IMG/VR virus record: IMGVR_UViG_3300042198_000079
Span: 80,635 to 144,634 of that record
Direction: 5' to 3' (one strand)
DNA length: 64,000 nucleotides
From: a virus
In this document: positions 1 to 9,601 of the stretch, in pieces
Position numbering within the stretch: the stretch's first letter is position 1
Layout: each line of letters opens with the position of its first letter
Translations under genes and position numbers: made by a program
Notes under the pieces: model-generated
The model's input: only the letters and a program-made list of their open reading frames with translations
The model's database searches: none
Told to the model about the DNA's origin: nothing

Positions 1-317
1 AATTCGTCGAAATTAAAAATTTCTCCTTTTGGAATCTTTTTTAATTCTGCTAAGGTTTTAGCTAAAAACGCATCTTCGTCTTCATTGTTTAATTTTAAAA
101 CAATTTCAGAAGCAGTTGGAAAATTATCATAACTTTCATAATAACTTTTAATTATAGAAAAAATAGGACGGAAAAAAGAATTAGTCCGCCCTATCATTTC
201 TGGAGTAAGATAATTAATCGCAACATTAGAAAATCTTTCCTTTTTTCTCAAAAGGAAATGATACATCATTACTGTTTCAAATTTATCTAAGTTAAGTGTA
301 TTATTCGTCGTTGTCAT
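1..317 (-). CDS. gp41: Replicative DNA helicase gp41-like, N-terminal part (runs off window start)
   Basis: Hand translation from ATG 317: MTTTNNTLNLDKFETVMMYHFLL...IFSIIKSYYESYDNFPTASEI, resembling the gp41 N-domain. Overlaps the uvsX stop, matching T4 order uvsX-41. Not in the ORF track. Confidence 0.7.
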   Translation of the reverse strand, partial: MTTTNNTLNLDKFETVMMYHFLLRKKERFSNVAINYLTPEMIGRTNSFFRPIFSIIKSYYESYDNFPTASEIVLKLNNEDEDAFLAKTLAELKKIPKGEIFNFDE

Positions 318-1395
318 CTGGTAATTCGAAATCAACTTTAGTAGAGTCTACATCATAGATTCCATTTTGTCCATTGCCACCAATGGAATAATTCGAATAA
401 CACCAAGATCGAAATTCTTCATTTTCTAATAAAGAAAGCAAAACATTTTTTGGAATATTAGAAGAAGTGTAATACTTATCATTATAACCAACCCAAGTTT
501 TTCTTCCATCCAGACCCAATTCCTTACATTTATTTTTTTCTATTTTTTTGAGGAAATTTGAATGGGTTCCCAGTTCCAGTAATCCAGAACAAGTATCAAT
601 ACCTTCTTTTTCATGAATATTAATTGATACTTGTAAGTTTTGTTTTACGAAACGCGATTTGATTGCAGTTATACAAAATGTTTGTCCAACAACACTATCT
701 CCATCTTTTAATTTTTTACTAGAAGTAAAAAGTATAGTATCGGATGCCAAATATAATTTCTTACCTCCTGCGATCACTTTTTTACTAAACATTTCTTGAG
801 TATCATAATAGTGATTAATTAATAGACAAGGAATGCCCCGTGCCTTTAGTCTAGGGGTCATAACTCTGGCAAAAGAATTTAATTTTTTTGCTCTGGTCAT
901 ATCGGTTTTGTCTTCTCCTGCCAAAAGATCATCTGCTTCTTTTTTACTAGAAGCCATACCAATAGAATCGACAATGATTAAAACTTTATCGTCTAAAGTA
1001 GCAGGATAAATGTCATTCATCATCCCATGAGTCAAATCTTCGATACCTTCAAAAGATTTATATGCAACATCTTCATCTTTTAATCCAAAATTCTTAAAAT
1101 ATTCTGGTGTTGCTCCATGTTCATTTGAATAAAACAATATAACAGGATTTTCCTTTTCGTGTTTTTTTACAAATGAACTTGCAATTTCTAAACAATATGA
1201 AGTTTTAAAAGTAGAACTGTCTCCGACAAATTGAATAATTCCCGGTCTGATTCCCCCGTTTTTAGGATCACCTCCTAAAATAAGATTCAAAGCAGGAATT
1301 CTTGTAGGAACTGGTTCTACGTGAAGAATTTCACATTCGGATACTTTAGAGAAGCCCGGTTTTTTAAATATTGTATCTTTAAAAATTGTTGTCAT
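301..1395 (-). CDS. uvsX: RecA-like recombinase UvsX
   Basis: Walker A GDSSTFKTS, Walker B IIVDSIG, DMTRAK, INHYY and GGKK motifs of UvsX. Confidence 0.95.
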   Translation of the reverse strand: MTTIFKDTIFKKPGFSKVSECEILHVEPVPTRIPALNLILGGDPKNGGIRPGIIQFVGDSSTFKTSYCLEIASSFVKKHEKENPVILFYSNEHGATPEYFKNFGLKDEDVAYKSFEGIEDLTHGMMNDIYPATLDDKVLIIVDSIGMASSKKEADDLLAGEDKTDMTRAKKLNSFARVMTPRLKARGIPCLLINHYYDTQEMFSKKVIAGGKKLYLASDTILFTSSKKLKDGDSVVGQTFCITAIKSRFVKQNLQVSINIHEKEGIDTCSGLLELGTHSNFLKKIEKNKCKELGLDGRKTWVGYNDKYYTSSNIPKNVLLSLLENEEFRSWCYSNYSIGGNGQNGIYDVDSTKVDFELPDDNDE

Positions 1396-1398
1396 AAT

Positions 1399-1794
1399 TT
1401 ATTCAAATAATCTAGGAATAGTAATTTCTTCAGATTGTGTGTTGGAAACTAAATTAGAAGGAGGAACTTCTATCAATCCACAACGAAGCAAATACACTTG
1501 TTTAAAAGTGTGATTTTCTGAAGTAACTTCCTTGTCTAAATCAAATGGTAAATCGGAATGTAATAAATTTGATTTATTAAATGAAAACGGTTCATTTTCC
1601 TTTTTCATAAATTCTGTAAAAACAACAGGAAAAGGTTCATAAAACAATGATTGATTGTTTGGACCAGTTCTCAAAATAATTTTATGTAAATGTGTCAAAG
1701 AAACATTGTTTTTTGTTTCGGAATCTAAAATCCCAATAAAAACGGTTCCTTCGTTTGTTACTACCACTCTAACGTCATGTTCGGTCTTATCCAT
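1399..1794 (-). CDS. Hypothetical protein (possibly Sm-like fold) between gp43 and uvsX
   Basis: 131-aa ORF with its own promoter; N-terminal VVVTNEGTVFIG beta pattern. Confidence 0.6.
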   Translation of the reverse strand: MDKTEHDVRVVVTNEGTVFIGILDSETKNNVSLTHLHKIILRTGPNNQSLFYEPFPVVFTEFMKKENEPFSFNKSNLLHSDLPFDLDKEVTSENHTFKQVYLLRCGLIEVPPSNLVSNTQSEEITIPRLFE

Positions 1795-1801
1795 ATATCT
1801 T

Positions 1802-1830
1802 ATTATACACTACTTTAAAATCGATATCAA
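1802..1830 (-). promoter_or_regulatory. Sigma70-type promoter TTGATA-N17-TATAAT
   Basis: -35 at 1825-1830, -10 at 1802-1807, 7 nt before ATG 1794. Confidence 0.7.
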
Positions 1831-4289
1831 GCACATGAAGCAAATTCTTTAAACAAATCTACTTCACCGTATGTTTGAAAATTAGGAAATCTCCAATTCA
1901 AAACTTCAAATGAAGTCTTTAATCCTGAATAGATTGTTCTTTCCCACATTCCGTAATAGTCAGGAATCAATCCAAAGTCATAAGGAAATTCGGTTTTATA
2001 TGCTATTCTTTCTATTCCATAAGAATTTTGCATAACACTCATAACTTTAATATCATCGCCATCAGTAATAATTGGATATTTTTTAATATTGTATAATTCT
2101 ATCAATTCATTATACTTCAAAGAAGCCTTTATATGAAAGGGAACTCCTTTTTTCACATTTTTATACTTCTTTATATTTTTACAAGATATTCTTGTTGCCA
2201 GATTATCTATTGGCGTTTCTGAAAATTTTTCCCAATGTTCAGAAAGAACATCACAAACTTCAGATTCGCTAAAACCATTCAATATACAATTTTCAAAAAC
2301 ATCTCTTAGTATTCCTTTTGCTTCTTTAGAAATCGTCGATTTTCTTACAGAAACTCCTCTGTATTTGTATTCTAGTTTATTCTTTCCTTCAGAACAACGA
2401 ACACGCATAACATAGTTTTTCTTTTTTAAGAAAAGAGAATAATCACTGGCAACTTCCCATCCAAATTTACAACGAGGATCAATGGAATTATATTCATTTT
2501 TACAAAATATTTCTACTTTTTTGTTTAAAATTTTGGTCAAAGAATTTAAAACTTTAATTCCGTCATTAGTAAGACCATCAGAATCAAAATAATCTAATGT
2601 GAGAACTTTAACCATTAAAGAATCAGTATCTGAAGCAACCACGCACGATTCATCATTAAAAATATCTTCCATTACAGTTGCAGACTTTTTGATCAAATTT
2701 TGACCAGTGGAAGTTACGCTTTCTGCACATTCTACATCATACATACAGAAATATTTGCATCCACATGCTCCATATACAGAATTAATCAAAATCTTAATTG
2801 CATATTGTTCGCTATCCAAAATCTTTTTCTTATCTGGATCTTCGGTAGTTTCTATCAATTTTTTGATACGAACACGTTCAGAATATGTTTTGTCCAAATA
2901 TTCTGGAATGATTCCTTTAAAAGATTGATCGAAAATTATTCCACAAGAAGAAAGAGAATATTTATTGGATTTTAAATAAGCATCAAAACCATCTAAAGGC
3001 ATTATTTTTTCTTTATCGAGTATAGAAAATTTAACTTGTCCATCTGTTTTTTTAATAACTTTTCCAATTTTAGTTTCGGGGGAAATATTCAAAGTTATCA
3101 TTGTATTTGGATACAATGAATTAACGTCAAAAACGACAATTCCGGTATGAATGCCCGGAATTGGTTCTTTAACAAACCCCCCTTCAAAATCTACAGAAGA
3201 GTCGTCGTATATATTAGAAGGAATAATTCTTTTCTTTTCCCATGCGGATTTGGCAAGACATCCTTCGATGATTCTAACTTTACCCAAAGCAGAATTCAAT
3301 GTGGTAAATCCCTGCGTAACCGTATTTCTTGCAATTTGCAAAAACGATTTTTTTTCATCTAGATCTACCATCAATCTAACGTCTTGAATATTGTATTCTA
3401 CAAATTTTCTCCAATCGTTATTGGAAAGAGAATAAAGCGAACCTTCATATTTTATTTTGCCTTCCAAACCAGAATAAGTGGAAACATATTCCAATGAATA
3501 ACTTTCTAATTTAGAAGGATGCATGTATTCAAACAACAATTTATAATCAACATGGGATATTCCCGGAATATCCCATTTATCGTATTGCGTTTGACGTTTT
3601 CTATTTAACTTTTTAGTAGAATAGATTTTTCTAATGGGAGACAGAGATTCTGGAGGGATTTTCAATCTTTTCAATCGATTGACAATATATGGAATATCGA
3701 ATTCTTCTCCGTTCCATGTTACCAAAATATCAGGAAGGGAAGAAATTCTATATGCAAAATTTTCTAATAGTTCTTTTTCAGTTTTAAAGTAATAATATAT
3801 ATTTCTGTCATCAATCGGATCACATTTTTTTATTCCCCAAGTATAGGTGATATTGTCAATTGAATCATGACAAGAAATCACATTTATCGGAAATTTGGAA
3901 TCTTCTGGTTGAGGAAATCCATCATTTTCTGGATCTACATCGACTTCAATGTCCAAATACCATATTCTCATTTTAAATGAGGAATCCAACCCTTTGTCTT
4001 TATATTTTAAGAAAAGATATTGTTGGTCACAAGGTAAATTAAAATAAACTTTGCCGTAATTGTCTTTGGCAAAAGTATTACGTTCATATGAATTAGAAAA
4101 CCTTTTTAAGACTAAAGGTTCATCATAGATGGATCTTGCGTCTTCTACATTGTCGTGTATAGATTTTTGAGTGTATAAAAACGGCTTGTAATTAATTATC
4201 GAATGATTTCTGGTGCCACTGTCGTCATAAATCCATTCATGAATATTTGATGTTTTTGAATCAAAATAAACATTAGACAATTTTATCAT
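1827..4289 (-). CDS. gp43: Family B DNA polymerase gp43
   Basis: Exonuclease motifs DIEVD, WNGEEFD, YNIQD; polymerase motifs DVNSLYP, KILINSVYG, SDTDS, KKNY. Confidence 0.97.
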   Translation of the reverse strand: MIKLSNVYFDSKTSNIHEWIYDDSGTRNHSIINYKPFLYTQKSIHDNVEDARSIYDEPLVLKRFSNSYERNTFAKDNYGKVYFNLPCDQQYLFLKYKDKGLDSSFKMRIWYLDIEVDVDPENDGFPQPEDSKFPINVISCHDSIDNITYTWGIKKCDPIDDRNIYYYFKTEKELLENFAYRISSLPDILVTWNGEEFDIPYIVNRLKRLKIPPESLSPIRKIYSTKKLNRKRQTQYDKWDIPGISHVDYKLLFEYMHPSKLESYSLEYVSTYSGLEGKIKYEGSLYSLSNNDWRKFVEYNIQDVRLMVDLDEKKSFLQIARNTVTQGFTTLNSALGKVRIIEGCLAKSAWEKKRIIPSNIYDDSSVDFEGGFVKEPIPGIHTGIVVFDVNSLYPNTMITLNISPETKIGKVIKKTDGQVKFSILDKEKIMPLDGFDAYLKSNKYSLSSCGIIFDQSFKGIIPEYLDKTYSERVRIKKLIETTEDPDKKKILDSEQYAIKILINSVYGACGCKYFCMYDVECAESVTSTGQNLIKKSATVMEDIFNDESCVVASDTDSLMVKVLTLDYFDSDGLTNDGIKVLNSLTKILNKKVEIFCKNEYNSIDPRCKFGWEVASDYSLFLKKKNYVMRVRCSEGKNKLEYKYRGVSVRKSTISKEAKGILRDVFENCILNGFSESEVCDVLSEHWEKFSETPIDNLATRISCKNIKKYKNVKKGVPFHIKASLKYNELIELYNIKKYPIITDGDDIKVMSVMQNSYGIERIAYKTEFPYDFGLIPDYYGMWERTIYSGLKTSFEVLNWRFPNFQTYGEVDLFKEFASCA

Positions 4290-4582
4290 TTTTTATTCGT
4301 GTTAGATATGCTAGATTTTAACAGAAGTCCTTCTTGGTAATTTCTTATTTCGATAAAGGACTCGTTGAGAAGTTCTGTTAACTTATTTGTAATCTTAGAA
4401 TCTATACCATCGATCTTTATCTCCTTCAACACACATTCTCCAGAAATCTTAAAAAAAACTTCGTCTCTTTCCTTTTCTATGTAAAAATTTCTTAAAGCTT
4501 TGCCTAATTTTTCAAATTCTTCTTCCCACGAAGAACTAGAATCGTATAATTCTTCAATAACATTTTTTTCGTCCGATGCCAT
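4286..4582 (-). CDS. Small protein resembling YbaB/EbfC nucleoid-associated family
   Basis: 98 aa; VFFKISGECVLKEIKIDG...LTELLNESF resembles the YbaB pattern V-x-V-x-G-x3-L-x2-I-x-ID...L-x3-A-x-N. Confidence 0.45.
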   Translation of the reverse strand: MASDEKNVIEELYDSSSSWEEEFEKLGKALRNFYIEKERDEVFFKISGECVLKEIKIDGIDSKITNKLTELLNESFIEIRNYQEGLLLKSSISNTNKK

Positions 4583-4590
4583 ACTTTTGT

Positions 4591-4619
4591 ATCTTATAGA
4601 TTTTTTAGTTCTTTGTCAA
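4591..4619 (-). promoter_or_regulatory. Sigma70-type promoter TTGACA-N17-TAAGAT
   Basis: -35 at 4614-4619, -10 at 4591-4596, 8 nt before ATG 4582. Confidence 0.75.
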
Positions 4620-5872
4620 TCTGGAAATTGTTCTTTGTTCAAATTATAAATTAATTTTGATTCTTTTCTGGATTTGTCGCCATATGGAGTCAGAAACAAT
4701 TTTAAATAATCGTCCATGTGATCTTGTATAAATAATCCCTCTGCTCTTTGTCTGGATTGTTTAGAAATTTCACTATAATTTCCATTTAATACTTCGTCTA
4801 TTTTAGAAATCATTTCCTCTCCACTTTGAAATTTATATCTAGCATCAGCATACGGAGGACATTCTTGAGCAACACATGGCAACCCCTGAACCCAAGAATC
4901 CAAAAGTTTTTGCCAACTTTTAGAATGTGAAAAATAATTTGCTATTAAAGGAGCAATAGTGCATTGCACATTTAAACTTTTAAGTTTTTCAGGAAAATCC
5001 ATAATGTTTACCCATTCGTGAAATTCAATTTGTCCAGAATCTACATATTTTTTAAGATATACTGGACAACCACCAAATAAAACCCATTGATATTTATCTA
5101 ATGTCTCTATTATGGATTTTCCTACGTGTATAAAATCATCATACAAGTCTTCTTGTTTCTCGACCTTTCCTGTAATTTTAAAATGAGTTGGGCTACCGTT
5201 CCAACAAACTCTTGGTTTCTTTTTATTTTTTTCAAAATTTCTTAAAACATTTTCTTCATTATAATGATTTCCTGCCCATCTTTTTGAAATCAAGTTTGGA
5301 AATGTTGTAATTTTATTATAACCTAATGTATTTCTGTATGTCTCCTTCATAAAAGAAGAACAAACTATAAATTCATCGCATAAGTTTATAATTTCTTTGA
5401 CTCTAGAATCGTGGTTCGGATCTTTGAAATTTTCTTTTGCAGCATTGTAATCCGGTATACCATGGTGATATTTTCCGTCGAGTCCTTTAACACTTAACAA
5501 AAAGAGATCATCGACTTCAAATATTAATTTAAATGCTGTTCCTTTTTCTGCTAAAATTGATTGTTGTAAGTTTTTAAGGTTTTTGAAATATTCCAATTGG
5601 TGTTGTTCGCCCTGCCTTTGTATAATAACAGCATTAGAATTAGTAAAAGTTTCTTTTGAAAAAATCATCATATGGCTTGTGTTTACAATGCCCTTTCCGT
5701 GATAGCTAAGGTGCATTAGTGGTTCCATTAGCCTGATATAAGAACACCCGCTAGAATCCGCCAAAAAGGACGTTATAACGGGAATTTGATTGATGATTGG
5801 GGAACGGGGAGAATTTTGATTTTCTAAATTTACATTAGTATTTTTAAATTCTCTCTTAAACTGTAATGCCAT
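4616..5872 (-). CDS. Glycosyltransferase (GT-B-like)
   Basis: ADSSGCSYIRL, IIQRQ, IFEVDD, WNGSPTH and IAPL...FSHSKS...K motifs typical of phage GT-B proteins. Confidence 0.75.
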   Translation of the reverse strand: MALQFKREFKNTNVNLENQNSPRSPIINQIPVITSFLADSSGCSYIRLMEPLMHLSYHGKGIVNTSHMMIFSKETFTNSNAVIIQRQGEQHQLEYFKNLKNLQQSILAEKGTAFKLIFEVDDLFLLSVKGLDGKYHHGIPDYNAAKENFKDPNHDSRVKEIINLCDEFIVCSSFMKETYRNTLGYNKITTFPNLISKRWAGNHYNEENVLRNFEKNKKKPRVCWNGSPTHFKITGKVEKQEDLYDDFIHVGKSIIETLDKYQWVLFGGCPVYLKKYVDSGQIEFHEWVNIMDFPEKLKSLNVQCTIAPLIANYFSHSKSWQKLLDSWVQGLPCVAQECPPYADARYKFQSGEEMISKIDEVLNGNYSEISKQSRQRAEGLFIQDHMDDYLKLFLTPYGDKSRKESKLIYNLNKEQFPD

Positions 5873-5912
5873 ATAAATAGATATATTTTTATCTATTCGA
5901 CATCAAATAACA

Positions 5913-7601
5913 TTATGCATTCACCAAAACGGTTTCTCTATCTATTTTTTCTAAATGTATAATCTTATCAAAAGAAAACGAAACTGATTCTCTGTGAGTT
6001 ATAAAAAATACACAATGATTATTTTCGATTGCTCTTTCTCTTAATAACTCTAATATAGAAACTATACCAACTTCATCTATAGATGAATCTAAAAGTTCAT
6101 CACAAACAAATAAATTACAATCAAATCCAGTCACTATTTTTTTAATGTCTTGCAGTGCTAAAAGAATTGATACGTCTATTCTTTTTGCTTCGCCTCCAGA
6201 TAAACTCCCATACGATATTTCTTTTTCTTTTTGAAAAATAACAACATCGAAATTGTTTTCTACTTTTATTGAATAAGGAAAATTAAAAACATTTGCATAA
6301 TTAGCTAGAATATAATTAAACTTATCTAATATTTTGGGAATTATTATAGACTTTATACCTTTATCTCCTAAAAGCTGAATAGCATTTAATTGAATATCCA
6401 TTTGAAATAATTTTTCGTCTAAAAGAGTAGATAAATTTTTTATTTCTTCGTCATATTTTGAAATTTCTAAAATCAAACTATTATTGTCTAATTTTTGGTT
6501 TAATTTTATATTAATTTCTTTTATTTTCTCATATAATGGATCTAGTCCATTTTTCATTTGTTCAACTATATTGTTATTTTCTAATATAGATTTTTTTAAA
6601 TCGTTTTCTATATAAATGATTTGTATATGTCGATCTTCCCTTTTAGATATTTTGTTTATTAAGTTTTTTATTTTTTCTTCATATTCTACTTTGTGCGTCA
6701 TATCTGCACTGTTCCAACTTTGTTTACAGGTTGGACATATGTTTGGAGTTTTATAAACATTAGAAGATTTAAGAAGTTCTAATTCTTTTTTTAAACCTAT
6801 TAACTGATTAGAAATTTTTTGTTTTACTTCTTCTAATTGTTTTAGATTACTGGTATTTTCTTTTATTATATCTAAACTTTTTTCTAAAATAGATGTATCG
6901 TATTTTGATATTTTTAATTCGATATTTTTTTTATCTTTGTTTAATTGTTCTATCAATATAGAAAATTTTTCTTCTTCGTTTTTCAATACATCTTCTAATC
7001 TTTTTTTACCGTTCTTTTTTTCTTGTAAAGATGAATAATCAATATCTATTTCTTTTTGTAATTTGTTTTTATCTAATCTTGCTGCTTCCAGCATGTCTCT
7101 TAAAACAGTTAAATCAAAAATAGATTCTAAAAATTTTTGTCTATTTATTGGCGTTTCTGATAAAAAACTATTTGTTTTTGTGTCGAGAAATATAGAATTT
7201 CTTGCAAATTTTTCATTACAATGAATTATTTGGCATATTTCTTTATTAGTTTCGTCTACAGATTTAGTTATATCTTGACCATTTTTAATAAAAGTAATTG
7301 ACGTGGGTATTCTTCTAGTCAGTTCATATTCGTCTTCCCCTATAGAAAAATATAGTTTTACACAAGTAGATCCGCCTTTTCTATTTCTAATTTCTGATTG
7401 TTTTATTCTTCGGAATGCCTCTCCGAATAAAACCCAAAAAATACTATCTAAAATTAAAGCAGATTTACCTACTCCATTTCTGGAATTTTTATCTTTATTA
7501 AATCCTTGAACAAGTGTTAATCCAGAATTGTAATTTAATTCTATCTGACTTGTAATTGACAAGAAATTTGAAACTATGATTTTTTTGAACTTTACAAACA
7601 C
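5913..7601 (-). CDS. gp46: Recombination ATPase gp46 (SbcC/Rad50-like)
   Basis: Walker A NGVGKS, coiled coil with CPTC zinc hook, LSGGE signature, CDELLD, ITH. Confidence 0.95.
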   Translation of the reverse strand: MFVKFKKIIVSNFLSITSQIELNYNSGLTLVQGFNKDKNSRNGVGKSALILDSIFWVLFGEAFRRIKQSEIRNRKGGSTCVKLYFSIGEDEYELTRRIPTSITFIKNGQDITKSVDETNKEICQIIHCNEKFARNSIFLDTKTNSFLSETPINRQKFLESIFDLTVLRDMLEAARLDKNKLQKEIDIDYSSLQEKKNGKKRLEDVLKNEEEKFSILIEQLNKDKKNIELKISKYDTSILEKSLDIIKENTSNLKQLEEVKQKISNQLIGLKKELELLKSSNVYKTPNICPTCKQSWNSADMTHKVEYEEKIKNLINKISKREDRHIQIIYIENDLKKSILENNNIVEQMKNGLDPLYEKIKEINIKLNQKLDNNSLILEISKYDEEIKNLSTLLDEKLFQMDIQLNAIQLLGDKGIKSIIIPKILDKFNYILANYANVFNFPYSIKVENNFDVVIFQKEKEISYGSLSGGEAKRIDVSILLALQDIKKIVTGFDCNLFVCDELLDSSIDEVGIVSILELLRERAIENNHCVFFITHRESVSFSFDKIIHLEKIDRETVLVNA

Positions 7602-7631
7602 TATAAAATCTATATTAAATTAGTTACATTT

Positions 7632-8267
7632 TCAAGAAACAAGATCGTTTATTTTGTTTCTATATTTTTTTATAAAATTTTCGTCTATTATTGTATTTTC
7701 TTCAACGAAATTTTCTGCTATTCTTTCGTATTGTAAATGAAAAAAATCTTCAGGTGAAGAAAAAAATTCTATGTAAGATTGATTTTCGTTTAACCACCAT
7801 TTTTGGTCATCGATACTAAAACATTCCTTTATTAATTTACAAAGATCCTTTGTATTGTTATACAAATCATTCGCATAAGATTCATAGATTATGTTGTGTT
7901 TAGATTTGTTAAAATATAAATCTTTATGGTCTTTGTATTGATAACTCGTAACACAAACATTGTAATCGTTTATTTCTTTATTTTGTTTTTTTAACAAATT
8001 GTAGATTATCGGGGTTGGATCTTCTCGATAACAATAAAATATATTTTTTCTATTAATATAGACATTGGTCAGATCATTTGTATACATTCCCCAAAAATTT
8101 TCTTTAGAACTTTCTTGAAAATAACTTTTGGGATATGCTGTAGTTTGTAAAAATATTTCAATACAACAAGAAACTAAATCTAGTCCAGAAAAAGGAAAAC
8201 CAATCAAGACCGGATAATCTTGATTGGTCATAAAAGACGTATAAAAGCTTTTATTGTAGTCTTCCAT
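7632..8267 (-). CDS. Degenerate sulfotransferase-like protein
   Basis: LIGFPFSGLDLV resembles the 5'-PSB loop (xPRSGT), YCYREDP the 3'-PB RDP motif, IIYESY resembles YEDL. Confidence 0.4.
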   Translation of the reverse strand: MEDYNKSFYTSFMTNQDYPVLIGFPFSGLDLVSCCIEIFLQTTAYPKSYFQESSKENFWGMYTNDLTNVYINRKNIFYCYREDPTPIIYNLLKKQNKEINDYNVCVTSYQYKDHKDLYFNKSKHNIIYESYANDLYNNTKDLCKLIKECFSIDDQKWWLNENQSYIEFFSSPEDFFHLQYERIAENFVEENTIIDENFIKKYRNKINDLVS

Positions 8268-8752
8268 TACGAACCACTGCTTCCTAAACCACCTCTTGAT
8301 TTTTTCTGAGGAATTTCGCTTTCAACCAATACAATTTCTGGAATAGGCATAATTATAATTTGTGCTATCCTATCTCCCTTTTTGTATATTTTATCATAAA
8401 TAGCACTATCTTCTTCTCCATTAATATGATTAGATAATAATACATATGAAGGACTCATATATAATCTATAATTAAGAATAATTTCGTCAGTATAGCCATG
8501 ATCAATAACGGCAACAGAGTTGACTAAACTCAAACATTTATTTTTAATAGACGATCTTGGGAAAACATATCCTACATAATTTTTTGGAATATTTATTCCT
8601 ATCCCGGTTTCGTAACTTATAATACACGTATTATTCGTTTCTCTTTTTATATCACCTTCTTCCAAAGCATATATATCAAATGCGGCATCATATTGATTGG
8701 CTTTTGTTGGAATTTTTGCATCCACATGATGTTTGTATAATTCAATATTCAT
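8267..8752 (-). CDS. dut: Trimeric dUTPase
   Basis: Motifs AAFDI, PRSS, AVIDHGY, GDRIAQ, RGGLGSSG. Confidence 0.95.
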   Translation of the reverse strand: MNIELYKHHVDAKIPTKANQYDAAFDIYALEEGDIKRETNNTCIISYETGIGINIPKNYVGYVFPRSSIKNKCLSLVNSVAVIDHGYTDEIILNYRLYMSPSYVLLSNHINGEEDSAIYDKIYKKGDRIAQIIIMPIPEIVLVESEIPQKKSRGGLGSSGS

Positions 8753-9185
8753 TATATTTTAGTATTTCTAGTGCTTTTTGTAAATCTTTTTCTTCTATTC
8801 CGAAATTGTAATTTATTTTTATATGGAAAGGTATTTGATAATCATTAAATACCACACTTGATAAATCGTCAAATATACAAAATTTATCTGCCAATATGTT
8901 TATATTGTTTGATGATAACCATTCTTGTATTTCGTCTCCTTTTCGTTTGGAGAAATGTTTTGTTTTATCTATAAAATTCCCAAATAGATTATTATTATTT
9001 GTAAAGTGTTTTAATTCGTCGAAAGTTTCATATAAATGTGTTTCGAACACTATTTCACATTTTGGTATTTTTGCAACAAAGTCATTCCAAATATTGACAA
9101 TTTTTTTAGGTATTGTAATAGAATTTATATTCTCAGTAATAGGTAATAAAGTTCCGTCAATATCTAAAAAAATTATTTGTCTCAT
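8742..9185 (-). CDS. HAD-superfamily protein (Swiss-Army-knife RNA-repair HAD type)
   Basis: FLDIDGTL, KGDEIQEWL, IFDD. Confidence 0.75.
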   Translation of the reverse strand: MRQIIFLDIDGTLLPITENINSITIPKKIVNIWNDFVAKIPKCEIVFETHLYETFDELKHFTNNNNLFGNFIDKTKHFSKRKGDEIQEWLSSNNINILADKFCIFDDLSSVVFNDYQIPFHIKINYNFGIEEKDLQKALEILKYNEY

Positions 9186-9340
9186 TAGTCTATATCTGTA
9201 TAAAAAGATTGAATCAAATATTCGACAATATAATCTAATTGATCTTCATCGAATTCAACATCACATTCGGATAATAGATTTTCTATTTTTTCTACTATCG
9301 TTTCTTTGTCGTCTTCATATTGTAAATGCTTTTTCGACAT
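9185..9340 (-). CDS. Small acidic hypothetical protein (51 aa)
   Basis: Hand translation MSKKHLQYEDDKETIVEKIENLLSECDVEFDEDQLDYIVEYLIQSFYTDID*; fills the gap in the operon and its stop overlaps the next start. Confidence 0.6.
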   Translation of the reverse strand: MSKKHLQYEDDKETIVEKIENLLSECDVEFDEDQLDYIVEYLIQSFYTDID

Positions 9341-9369
9341 AATAATATCTACTAATTAGTATTTTATGT

Positions 9370-9600
9370 TTAGTTTTTTAAAGAAATTATCCTGCCGTTG
9401 TCAGGAGACGATTTGTCAAACTCAACAATAACTTTATCACCAACAACCACGCCCATATATTTCTTTCGAACTTCTTTATTTGGATAACATGTTAAATCAA
9501 CGAAATTTTCGGCGTTTTCTTCTAAACGAACTAAAAACTTTCCACCTTTTAAGATTTCTTTTATCAAACCTTCTTTTTTTAAAAGATTTTCTTTTCCCAT
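9370..9600 (-). CDS. infA: Translation initiation factor IF-1 homologue
   Basis: 76 aa; EGLIKEILKGGKFLVRLE...RKKYMGVVVGDKVIVE...GRII aligns with IF-1 (G.V.E.LPN..F.V.LE...MRK.YI.I..GDKV.VE....GRI). Confidence 0.8.
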   Translation of the reverse strand: MGKENLLKKEGLIKEILKGGKFLVRLEENAENFVDLTCYPNKEVRKKYMGVVVGDKVIVEFDKSSPDNGRIISLKN

Positions 9601-9601
9601 A

